Shown piece after piece: positions 50,530 through 61,977 of a DNA stretch of 64,000 nucleotides. The position numbers and the translations under genes are program-made. The DNA is from Octopus sinensis (taxonomy: Eukaryota). Positions within the stretch are counted from its first letter, which is position 1, and each line of letters opens with the position of its first letter. The stretch spans positions 70,804,001 through 70,868,000 of the forward strand of contig NC_043003.1 in NCBI RefSeq assembly GCF_006345805.1. Reading direction: 5' to 3'. The notes beneath the pieces are model-generated. The model saw nothing but the letters and a program-made list of their open reading frames with translations, made no database searches and was not told where the DNA came from.

Positions 50530-52020
50530 CAGAAAGTTAAAATTTGGTCAAAGAGTTACCATTGGTTTCTCATCTACGAAAGCCACATCCTTGTAGACAG
50601 CCCATCAGTCTCTTTACAAAGACAAAATTTAACTTTCTATCTCCCGGACATGAGGTAACGCGAGGATAACGAAGTTTAACGGCTAACGTATAAAAACGTC
50701 AATGAGGACGGGTTAGCTTCCCTGGACGAGAAGATAAAATATCTTTACAGACTCGTAATAATCTAACCAGCAAACGGGGAGATTCAATTTCCCAGTAGGT
50801 AGCGCTTGAAATTGACACATTTAGAAAAAATTTCTTTACGTCTATTTAACGCGCCAGGTTAAGCGTAGTCTTTAAGAATTTTGGTTCGCACCGCGATGCA
50901 ATTTTTGCAACTGCCACTCCCATTAATATATGGGCCTGGATGTTCTTTTATTTTCCACCTGATATCACATGGGGGTCTCTTGATCTATGAGGTGCCACAC
51001 ATGGCTATCTAGGGACGTGGCAAAACGTCTTTGTGGGACTCTGAAGGATGACTGGTGGTTCGCGAAGCGTCGTTTGAAAGATGTACTGGCTGATCTGATA
51101 TATTTACAAACTTGGGAGGTGGTTATATTCGCAGTCCTGGTATATCTCTGGTGGGCTCCGGGCGTGGTGATGCTGTTGGTAACACCGTTGCTGACGTTGG
51201 CGTTATGGCACAATGATCCGGCGGTGTTATCTCCGTGGTTACCGTTTCTAGTCATATGGTTGGCAATGATGTTGCCGGTGTTAGTGGTAACATATGGTGC
51301 GGGGCCGGTCACTCCATCAGTGTCAATGACAATTTTTGGTCATCGTCTGTGGTGGTGGTACTTGAGTCGCCGGTTACCTCCCGGACTGGTCATCACCTCT
51401 GCCTGTGGCTACTGTACTGGCATAAGAGCTGGTTAATATGTTAATACTGCTGATGGATGGTACACTACTGGTAATGCGGATAGCAGGTCTAGGTGTCACC
51501 GTACCATTATAGATGACAGCTTCGGCCTTGCATTGGTCTCTTACTGGACTGTTATTGTATACCCTGAAAGAGCAACACTTGTTTTGTGGGTGCTAGATAA
51601 AATGCTTTTTATGTTAGGCACAAAACTGAAGGTTGTGCCTGTTAAATAAATGCCTGTATTTATGTGTGTGTGTGAAATGCTCATTTATTAATCTAAGGAG
51701 AATACTTCCCACGCAAGTCTTGACGTGGAGTGAGAAGAGTGGAGCAAACCAAACGACGTTTCTGCGACGTTTCGTTTTCTGGGTGCTAGGGCTTGGCATG
51801 TAGGAGATGGCATGTAGGAGATGGCAGTGGCTCGTTGTAGTAAGGGGTAGCAGTGTCGAAGATATCTTGGATAGAGGATAGATTCGAGACCCTCTTGCTT
51901 ACACCTTTCACTATGGTCTTGAAAATTTTAGCGGGAAGGTAGGGGGCTGTGTTAATATAGGACAGCTTCTCGTTTTGGCTTGTGATAGGGCTTGTATATA
52001 CCAGAGCCCAGATCTAAAGT
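50527..52020 (-). mobile_element. Penelope-like element (Naiad-type), degraded RT C-terminus, GIY-YIG endonuclease and 3' terminal repeat
   Basis: TLDLGSGIYKPYHKP; KRVSNLSS..FDTATPYYN; RRRNVVWFAPLFSLHVKTCVG..LINEHF..LFNRHN; CSFRV..QCKAEAVIY; YIRSASTSFKRRFANHQSSF..TSLDSHVW; LNRRKEIFSKC. Confidence 0.88.
50531..50639 (-). ncRNA. Degenerate type-I hammerhead ribozyme in the PLE 3' repeat
   Basis: AAAGAG-A CTGATGG ..TCTAC..GTAGA.. GAA ACC-AAT-GGT A / ACTCTTT, with an ~18-bp distal stem-I extension. Confidence 0.55.
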
Positions 52021-52060
52021 AACACACACACATACACACCACACATATATATATAAACAT

Positions 52061-52103
<43 letters not shown>

Positions 52104-52115
52104 ATATATATATAT

Positions 52116-52150
<35 letters not shown>

Positions 52151-52260
52151 GCATGTACATGTATTTGTCTGTGTATGTATGTATGTGTATGTGTGTACAT
52201 CTGCGTGTGCATACATTTACGGACATACATAATGTATGATATTATTTTTATTATCATTAC

Positions 52261-52815
52261 TGAGTGAGAGAGCAGTACATGTCATCAAAGTGACACTGGG
52301 GTACAATTATGCGAAGCCCAGTATACCCATCATAACTGCCCATCTGATAAGGTTACACTAGGCACATGCATCACAACCATATGTCATGGTGATTTCATAT
52401 CAAGATAAACAATGTATGACCTTGCCGGGGGGTGGGGCTATTAGAAGTTTCCTCAGGTCGAGTAGCCCATCCTGTTCAAATGGTCCTTCAATAAGAGTTG
52501 TTTAAGAATGTGGAACAAAACACTCATATTTCCAGAGGTGAATTATTTAAACCCCAAAGAATTCCTGTCAATAAATAGCTATGATGCTCCCCCACTCCTT
52601 CTGCTCATGATCAGAGATGCACATATCGTCAGCCACCAAAGGGTTCATGCTCAACTGGTTAAGGTCAAACAACTGACAAGCAAATCTGTGGTATTGAGTA
52701 GAATATTTGCTGTAGCCCATCTTTTATGCCAAGAGAAAACAATGTACATGATAACACTTCCAATCAGTTAAGATCAGAAGCCATGAGAACCGCTGTCTGG
52801 TACTGCATCAAAGCA
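52261..52815 (-). mobile_element. Family H non-autonomous ~555-bp element in a (TAA)n tract
   Basis: Three copies in the window (29551, 52261, 53774), all abutting (TTA)n; no ORF. Strand inferred from the truncation pattern. Confidence 0.75.
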
Positions 52816-52836
52816 TTATCATCATCATCATCATCA

Positions 52837-52914
<78 letters not shown>

Positions 52915-53640
52915 GCCTTTGCACAGCTTCCAACGCTGGAGATGTACTACAGTGCTAGCTGTTCACTACCAGTGAACTAAGGTAACATCTCTTATTTTTC
53001 GAGCACTTTCCGGAGTATTCGAGAGGTTTCAAGCAGTGCTGTTTTCTGCAAGTGCTCCATTCTTATTGCAGCCCCCATTTGTTCCATGTACTTCTCAAGA
53101 TTTTTACTCACAGGGCTCCGACAATTATTGGTACTACTCCCACCTTCTTCATCGACCACAACTGCTTTACCTCTCAAGCTAACCTGTCATAGCTATCGAC
53201 TTTTCTTATCGCATACTTTGTTGTCAGCTGGGCATGCTATATCTATGATCCAGCATGGTTTGCTTTCTTTCTCAATTAAGACTATGTCTGGCTTCCTATT
53301 CTCTATCTCATGGTCGCACTGAAACATAAAATCCCACAGGACCTTTGCATTATCATTTTCGATGATGCTTTCAGGTTTGTGGTCGTACCAATTTTTTGTT
53401 CTGTCAAGTCCATATTGGTTGAAAAGTTTCCAATGGACAAGCCTTGCTATATTATCGAAGCGTCTCTTATATTCCTTCTGGGCTAGTGGCGTACATTGGC
53501 TGGTAATATGCCATACGGTTTCATAGCTTTGTCCACAGATTCTACACTTATCACTTTCTGATATGTTGTGTATTCTGTATTTTATATAGTTTGTTCTAAC
53601 TCTGCGTGCCGTGGGTATGTGCTGTGGTGTGTTTTGAAGT
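52915..53640 (-). mobile_element. R4/Dong-like LINE (family c) 3' fragment
   Basis: KCRICGQSYETVWHITSQC..EYKRRFD; RKPDIVLI..IIDIACPAD; SKNLEKYMEQ..LQKTALLETSRILRKVLEK. Confidence 0.9.
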
Positions 53641-53692
53641 TATTATTTTGAGACAACACCTTCTCCGAGCTCTCTGCATGTAAATATTGCTC

Positions 53693-53731
<39 letters not shown>

Positions 53732-53773
53732 TATTATTATTATTATTATTATTATCATCATCATTATTATTAT

Positions 53774-53943
53774 TGAGTGAGATAGCAGTGCATGCCATCA
53801 AAGTGACACTGGGGTAAAATATACGAAGCCCAGTATACCCATCATGACTACCCGTCTGATAATGGTACACCAGGCACATGCATCACAACCATATGTGCAC
53901 GACAAGGTGATCTCATATCAAGATAAACAATGCATGACCTTGC

Positions 53944-53945
<2 letters not shown>
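53774..53945 (-). mobile_element. Family H, truncated copy with (TTA)n on both sides
   Basis: Matches 52261-52420. Confidence 0.8.
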
Positions 53946-54013
<68 letters not shown>

Positions 54014-54016
<3 letters not shown>

Positions 54017-54135
54017 GTTTGATTTTTGCTTTGTATTTGTACAAGTTGACTCCAAGTCCCACCCAGACACCTCAAGAGACATCGATTTCAAAGTTCAAGT
54101 CCGTGTTATGCCTAGGGTGCCATATATTTCGTTTT
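54014..54135 (-). mobile_element. R4/Dong-like family b 3'UTR only
   Basis: atgtttgatttttgctttgtatttgtacaagttg..ctcaagagac..tgcctagggtgccatatattt matches 34794-34910; adjoins (TTA)n. Confidence 0.8.
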
Positions 54136-55064
54136 GCACAAAGTATTTTAAGAAAACATAAGCAAGTTATGAGTTTGTTATAAAATTTGTGATAACATTT
54201 TACGTAGGATAAGGGCAGTACTATTCCGTGAGTACTATTTTTTGAATTTCTATTATCATCATTATTATTGTTGATGTTGTTGTTGTTGTTGTTATTATTA
54301 TTGTTGTTGTTAATGTTTGTGTTTATGGGAAGTTATATATAAAACAATTTAGCATTGAATTGAAGAATTCTCGCTACGTATCATTTTCTGTTTACTACCT
54401 GAAATTCCGAAGACAATGTCAAATTTTTCCTTCTCTATCTATCTGTCTCTCTCTCTCTCACTTGCTCTGTCTCTCTTTACCTCTCTCTTCCACCCCACAC
54501 ACATATACACATACATACATACATACATACATACATACATGCATGCATACATACATACATACATACATACATACATACATGCATACATACATACATACAT
54601 ACATACATGTGTCTGTGCATATATATATATATGTATGCATATCTGTACGTACGCAATGTATACACATACACATATTTTTCCCCCGCATTTTGTCATAAAT
54701 ACAAAATTCCTCTTATGAAACAAAATTTTCAAAAATTTGACTTTTTACCCCACCACCCGCCAGAACCGATTTCGGACAATTTTTTCCTTGTAGAAACCTT
54801 GTAGAAAACAACTTCTTTTATACATCGTTATGCATGAAAACACAGCGGAGATAATTTAGTATGATTTAACGCCTTCCTATAATTTTGGTGTCATTGGATT
54901 AAAACTATTATTCACACTTCTGCAAGCATTCGAACATTTTGACAAGTTCGCTTTGGATTATAAATTCGATAAAAATCGAAACATTGACATTTATCTGTAC
55001 TAACCACTCATTTGAAAATCTCTGAGAGAACATCTATCAAGTTCTAGTTATTATATTATTGGGT

Positions 55065-55428
55065 GGAAGTGCAATGGCCCAGTGGTTAGGGAAGCGGACT
55101 GGTGCGATCGTGGTTTCGATTCCCAGACCGGACGTTGTGAGTGTTTATTGAGCAAAAACACCTAAAGCTCCACGTTTCTCCGGCAGTTTGTGGTGGTGAC
55201 ACCTGCTGTACTCTTTCACCACACATTTCTCTCATTCTTTCTTCCTGTTTCTGTTGTATCTGTATTTCAAAAGTGCCAGCCTAGCCACACTCTGTATCAC
55301 GCTGAATCTCTCCGAGAACTACGTTAAGTATACAGGTACCTGTGGAGTACTCAACTACCTGCTCGTGCTGGCTGTTCCGTTGATCGGATCAACTGGAACC
55401 CTCGTCGTCGTAACCGACGGAATGCCAC
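55065..55428 (+). mobile_element. SINE B, tail variant 2, full length
   Basis: gcaatggcccagtggttaggg head; tail ...gtaaccgacggaatgccac. Confidence 0.85.
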
Positions 55429-55634
55429 GAAGTTATTATTGCATTACATAAACTTTACAAAACCTTGTTCCTCTTCAGTGCCATTATCTCTCTCGTCCTT
55501 TCTCGCTCTCTCTCTCTCTCCCTCTCTTCCTCTCTCTCTCTCCCTCTCTTTCTCTCTTCGCCGGTTGATTTCTATATAAACCTTCAGTTATTGGTTGAAG
55601 TAAGTGCACTCATATTGCATCATGTCTGTCATTT

Positions 55635-55850
55635 TTTTTACTTGATTCAGTCATGGGATTGCGGCCATGCTAGAGCATAGTATTGAAGGTTTTTAGTCGA
55701 ACCAATCCAATCCAATCCAGGACTGAGTTTTCTGTTTTTTATCATTTTTTTTTTGAAGTTTGGTACTTATTCTATCACCACTTTTGCCAAACCGCTAAGT
55801 TACGAGGACATAATCAAAGTTATAGCGGTTGTCAAACGAGGTGGGGAAAC
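55635..55850 (-). mobile_element. SINE A tail module placed head-to-head with the next SINE A
   Basis: Reverse complement of acaaccgc...aacttagcggtt...agcatggccgca. Confidence 0.7.
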
Positions 55851-55871
55851 AATAACACACACACATACACT

Positions 55872-55901
<30 letters not shown>

Positions 55902-55903
<2 letters not shown>

Positions 55904-56345
55904 GGCGCAGGAGTGGCTGTGTGGTAAATAGCTTACTTCCCAACCACGTGGATCCGGGTTCATTCCCACTGCGTGGCACCATGGGCAAGGGTCTTCTACT
56001 ATAGCCTCGGGCCGACCAAAGCCTTGTGAGTGGATTTGGTAGACAGAAATTGAAAGAAGCCCGTCATATATCTATATCTATATATATACATATGTGTGTG
56101 TGTGTGTGTGCATGTGTGTGAGTGTGTGTTTGTGTCTGTGTGTGTGTTTGTGTGTCTGTGTTTGTCTCCCCACCATCGCTCGACAACCGCTGCTGGTTTT
56201 TTACGTCCCCATACCCTAGCGGTTCTACAGAAGAACCAATAGAATAAATACAACGCTTACAAAGAATAAGTCCTGTGGTCGATTTGTTCGACTAAAGGCG
56301 GTGCTCCAGCATATCCGCAGTCAGATGACTGAAAGAAATAAAAGA
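55902..56345 (+). mobile_element. SINE A, full length
   Basis: ggcgcaggagtggctgtgtgg...gaagcccgtc, microsatellite, tail. Confidence 0.9.
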
Positions 56346-56533
56346 ATAATATATATATATGGATGTACATAGTCAATACAAATAAACAATCATTTCAAAA
56401 AATCGAATAGTAAAATCAACGGACGCTTGATGCGCAGAGAAAAGAGAAAATTTGACGTTTCGAGCATAGCTATTCGTCGGAATGGAGAAAGGAAAAAGTC
56501 CAAAGAAGGAAAAGAAACCCCCAACAGCTCGTG

Positions 56534-56595
<62 letters not shown>

Positions 56596-56919
56596 ATATA
56601 TATATATCACATTGTTAACAGTTTTGAAGTGGGCTGGTCTCTAGCTACATTTTGGCATAAAATATTGGGATTGATCCAGTAGAAAAAAGTTTACATCAAA
56701 ATTTGTAGCAACGTTTCAAGAAGTGCTGTTTTCTGCAGGTGCTCCACCCTTATTGCAACCCCTATTTGTTTCATGTAATTCTCAAGATTTTTACTCACTA
56801 TTCCCAGGGCTCCGACAATTATTGGTACTACTACCACACACAAAACGGTGAAACTAATAAGTTGTTTCTTATTAAAAAAACATTTTTCCCTATGTATGGA
56901 GACTTTGAATCACCCTATA

Positions 56920-56966
<47 letters not shown>

Positions 56967-56971
56967 GAAAG

Positions 56972-57051
<80 letters not shown>

Positions 57052-57052
57052 T

Positions 57053-57985
57053 TAGCCACACAGATCCACACAGGGCTTAACACAGAGGGGACAATACAAT
57101 GTAGAATTTTTCCTTCTCGAAATCGATCAAAAGGGATAGAAAAAATGACGTTTGGTGGGGGGGGGGCGTGTACACAAATAGATAACAAGATCACGTTTTT
57201 TTTAATTTGAATTCCGAAAAGAGGGAGAAAATATAACACTGGCTAGAGTTATCTGTGGAAAGGAAAACCTACGAAAAATAACCACGGTAACCTCGGAAAA
57301 AAAATCTATGACAGCAAAGTGCCCCCCCTCGCTCTCTGTTTGTTTTACAGATTAATGCACAAAGTGGTTCCATCATTCATGTGTATCATTTTTGCTGCAT
57401 TCACCCACGTTTTATTAAATCTTTCATTACACAAAACTTCCCTCTCTACTCTTAACTTCCCTTCCAAGTGATACTCGGAAACGTTGATGAGAAATTGGCC
57501 GGAGAGGAAGGTATTTGTCTCTAAACCTTTCAAACGAGTCCACCACACACATTCTTTCGCCATAGCCACCAGTACGACGAAAACTATCTTGCCTTCACAG
57601 CTAAAGGAAGGTGGTGGGGCAATATTCACGATAGACTCGGCTGACAAATGGATTTGTCCCACATACAACAGTATCTGTTCGACATAGATCCACACCTCTG
57701 AAATATGTGGACACTGCACAAGTGCGTGCTGAGCGGTTCCATCGTTCTGACCGCACTTCGAGCAGGTCGGTTCGGTGTGTCCTGAACCGTGTCTGTAGAC
57801 CTTCTCTCGAACGGGCAATGCTTCCCGATAGCATTGCCAATCCAGGGATCTCTAGAAATTGTGTATAGATCCCGGCCTGAAAGTGGTCCTGGAGAGGCGG
57901 GTCAGGTATTTGCTGTCGATGCTCAGATTCTCTCTAAAAACGTCACCGGACCTCTCCCTAAGAACGTCATCGGTCCTCTATAGGT
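57053..57985 (-). mobile_element. L1/Tx1-like LINE, 5'-truncated, embedded in (GATA)n
   Basis: ORF 57345-57818: PVREKVYRHG..CSKCGQNDGTAQHALVQC (CCHC-type knuckle)..AKECVWWTRLKGL; 3'UTR matches 20649-20910. Confidence 0.8.
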
Positions 57986-58298
<313 letters not shown>

Positions 58299-58690
58299 TG
58301 TGTGTGCCTTTGTGCGTTGTTTTTTCCTCCTCTACCGCTTGAGAACCGGTGTTAGTGTTCTATGTCCCTCTAACTTGGCGGCTCGTCAAATTAAAATCTG
58401 ATAAAATAGGTACTGGATCGATAGATTCGACAGGAAACCCTTCAAAGTGGTGCTCCAGTATTACTGCTTTTTATTGACTGAAAGAAGTAAAAGGCAAAAG
58501 ATACCTAAATTATTATTTTCCCTGTACAATATGATGGGCCAAAAACGAACCCGAGACGTTCACGTTCTTCTTATTACTAAAGAAGCATCAAAGTAGGAGT
58601 TATAAAGAATATTCTTCGACATTCGTTTCGGTTCCTGTTGGCCTTGACACATTTCCTGTGTCCTTATATTTTCAAAGGCGAGATAAGCAC

Positions 58691-58759
58691 CTCCATCCAG
58701 TAAAGCCAGCATTCAGAGACTAGTTTCAAAGTCATTGCTCATCATCAGTCTGGATGGAG
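58691..58759 (-). ncRNA. Minimal type-I hammerhead ribozyme with canonical core
   Basis: CAGA CTGATGA TGAGCAATGACTTT GAA ACTAGT C / TCTG, plus a perfect 10-bp distal helix CTCCATCCAG/CTGGATGGAG. Confidence 0.6.
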
Positions 58760-59150
58760 TAGTATGGCTTGCTAGCTGTCGAAGTGTATTCGCCTTTGAA
58801 AACATATTTCAAGTCCTCTCGAGTTCAAATTTGAGTTTCATCTTTTCAGGGTCGCTAATAAACTATCAGCCCGATGTAGAAGTGGGGAGAGGGGAGGATT
58901 CTCTTCTTTTTTTTTTTGCTTTCTTTTCCTCCCTGGAAGAAATCCGACTCCAGGTTCAAACCTGGATATGGAGTTGGCTTCACTATGTTTAAAATGCCCA
59001 AAGGGCGCTGAGTGTCACAATGGCAATAGATAGATAGATAGACAGATAGATATATAAATTCATACACACACAGATACATATATACATAGATATAGATATG
59101 GATATATATACACACACATACATATATGTTGTAAAGCGGGCTTTTGTCAT

Positions 59151-59460
59151 TGTTGTATCTGTCTTTTGATGACGGCTGTCGCTCTGATAGATATTGTTAT
59201 ATTCCGAAGTCGTCGATGAAATGGTTCTATATGGCACTGTACGACCCCGAGTCATACAGTGTTATTATTCACAAAACGTTGGATCGTTATAACGTCCAAC
59301 TATGTATCACAGTATAATTACTATATCAGCACAGACACGACTATCAACACAGTCTACACGTACTCCCGATCTTCTCATGGTGACCGGCTACTGGTCTATT
59401 TGTAATGGCTGTGTACTACCACTTTTGATGGCGAAGGGTGTACAGTTTCACTATACAACA
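59151..59460 (-). mobile_element. 3' LTR of a Ty3/Gypsy element (~310 bp)
   Basis: TGTTGTAT...ATACAACA terminal inverted ends; purine-rich AAAAAGGTAGA immediately upstream on the minus strand (PPT-like). Confidence 0.7.
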
Positions 59461-59517
59461 TCTACCTTTTTAATTTTTATAAAGAATTTCTTCTATTCAC
59501 CATACCTCCTTGTTTTC

Positions 59518-59571
<54 letters not shown>

Positions 59572-59734
59572 TCAATATTTTTCTTGTTAGGGTCTACTTT
59601 TAGGAATTCAGTGTTTTTCCTTTTCCTTGTTCGTGTGATTTCGACTTCTTGTAACGGTGTTGGGCCCTGAAAAATGTTATATAGCCAATGTATATATATC
59701 TACTGTTGTTGGTTTATTTTTCTATGACTCTTTC

Positions 59735-60010
59735 CTTAAGCTGATTTCTATGTCTCCTTTCCATTCCATCTCTGCTTCTTACACCACACACCATTCTTCC
59801 TATTTATGTTACAATTCCTTCTTCTTCTCGCCATTGTTTCCCATTTTTGTACATTCTTACATATACCTTCTCACTGATTCTAGAGTATCTTGACATGTCT
59901 TTACCAGCACGTATTCTTCTCTTCCCTGGTAACAGTTTATCGAATACTGACTTCACCTTTCTGGCAAACATTAATTCTGCTGGTGAACTTCCTTCTGGTG
60001 CATTTGGGCA
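59735..60010 (-). pseudogene. Ty3/Gypsy integrase C-terminal fragment
   Basis: PNAPEGSSPAELMFARKVKSVFDKLLP..KVYVRMY..W..GIV..RRHRNQLKER (SPAELMFGR and RH-NQL motifs); oriented toward the LTR. Confidence 0.8.
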
Positions 60011-60021
60011 TATATATATAT

Positions 60022-60192
60022 ATATATACGATGGGTTTCTTTGAGTTTCCGTCTACCAAATCCACTCGCAAGGTTTTGGTCGGACCGAGGCTACAATTGA
60101 AGACACTTGCTCAAAGTACCACACAGTGGGACTGAACCCGGAACTATGTGGTTGAGAAGCAAGCTTATTACCACACAACCACGCCTACGCCT
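60022..60192 (-). mobile_element. SINE A head without tail
   Basis: Reverse complement of ggcgtaggcgtggttgtgtgg...gaaacccatcg. Confidence 0.8.
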
Positions 60193-60935
60193 ATCTTTAA
60201 TGGAAACTAATCCTTTTCATTCTTTTTCTTTTTAGCTAATGCCGTCTAATCGTCGTCCCTATTTTATAAAGTAACCTTTTTCGATAGAGCAGACCACAGT
60301 TAATTGCATTAAATCGCATGCGTTAAGTGAGGGAATTTCAAGAAATTAAAATAGCGAAACAAACTATGCTGTTTGTTGTCCAACCACCCACAAGGTTTCA
60401 GTCCGAGTTATTTACCAATAGAATATATTTACAATATATATTTATATTTTCATTTCACTTCTGTTCAGCGATCTATCTATTTGTATATCTATTAATATAT
60501 ATCTCAATTTGCATAACTTTTGATACATCGGTAGGCTCACCAACAGGCTCACCAACAGGCTTGCTCGCCTGTCTGTCTGTCTGTTTGCCCCTCTAAGTAG
60601 CGTGTCGTATTTACTTTCCCTTCTGTGGATCTGTGCATCTGTTTACTTTCATAATATTGGTAAGGATTTAAACCCAATTAAAAAAAAAGAATTGAATCAT
60701 AACGTTCTCCCGGTTATTTACAGAGTTAATTCCAGTTTAATTTAACTCTCTATCGCCATATCGTTTAAAGCGTAAATGTATAGATCTTCGTTACATTGTT
60801 TCATTATGCTAAACATTTCGATCGTGCCTGCGTCTATACAAGACAAATGCAGAACAATATAAACCTTCTACTTCCCATTCCCTCTCTCTAATAATATAGA
60901 CCTTCTCTCTCTCTTTCTCTTTCTCTCTATCTCTT

Positions 60936-60971
<36 letters not shown>

Positions 60972-61115
60972 ATTCTCTTTCGTATTTTTTCACTGATTCA
61001 ACTATTCCCTTTTCGTTTATTTTTATCATTCTTTCTTTCTCCAGTCTCTCTCTCTCTCTCTCTCTCTCGCTCTCTATCTATCTATCTATCTATCTATCAT
61101 ATATATATATATATA

Positions 61116-61185
<70 letters not shown>

Positions 61186-61194
61186 ATATACTTA

Positions 61195-61285
61195 TTTAAA
61201 AGCAGCAGAATGTAACAAAAGCTGCACTCGGAGTTCACGTTCACTTTCGACGGAACAGCTTTTGTTACATTTTGCTGCTTTAAAA
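61195..61285. repeat. 91-bp hairpin (30-bp arms, two mismatches)
   Basis: tttaaaagcagcagaatgtaacaaaagctg versus cagcttttgttacattttgctgctttaaaa. Confidence 0.85.
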
Positions 61286-61384
61286 ATAAAGCATATTACT
61301 CGACCTCTGGTATTTGAGTACTCTTTTTTCCACCTTGTTTCACATTTGTGTGCTTACTCGGGATTATATATATATATATGTATA

Positions 61385-61446
<62 letters not shown>

Positions 61447-61977
61447 ATATATTTCCCCATACAATTTATAACTTCTCTTGATAACACAAGCGTAATATAC
61501 GGAAAAAAGGCAGATAGGAACAAGCAGAATATTATAATTACGATTATTACGTAACACCGAGCTTCCTGACACAGCTGTTGAGTTAAGAAATTATGTATTC
61601 TCTGCTTAGTATTCTATCATTTTATGCTCTGTGTAAATATATTTGTGTATATTATATATGTGTGTGTGTGTGTGCGTTTGCACGCGCGTGTATAGATGCA
61701 ATTATGCAGATAAACAAATTAGATACATCAAATATATAAAATATTTAATAGTTTGGGTATGAAATACAAAATATGTAGATATGTATACATGCAAATCGAG
61801 AGAAAGCAAAATGTGGAAACTCTCAGGTGATGAATTTTTAAGTATAAATATGTGGATATTTATATTAATAGGACCAAGACAGAGTACAGACGACAAATAA
61901 AACGAAAAGGATGGACATTGAACAAAGGCTAAGAGGGCCATTGAAAGGGAATATATGATGCATTCTCTCTCTCTCTA

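Noticed and set aside
50987-51436. 149-aa hydrophobic plus-strand ORF resembling a membrane protein
   Set aside because: It is the antisense of the PLE endonuclease and its T/N/H-rich insert; the hydrophobicity follows from the complementary codons.
51540-51600. Selenoprotein-type Naiad (UGA in the CxC motif plus SECIS)
   Set aside because: The motif reads TGT TGC TCT TTC AGG with no in-frame TGA, and I see no SECIS-like element in 50640-50780.
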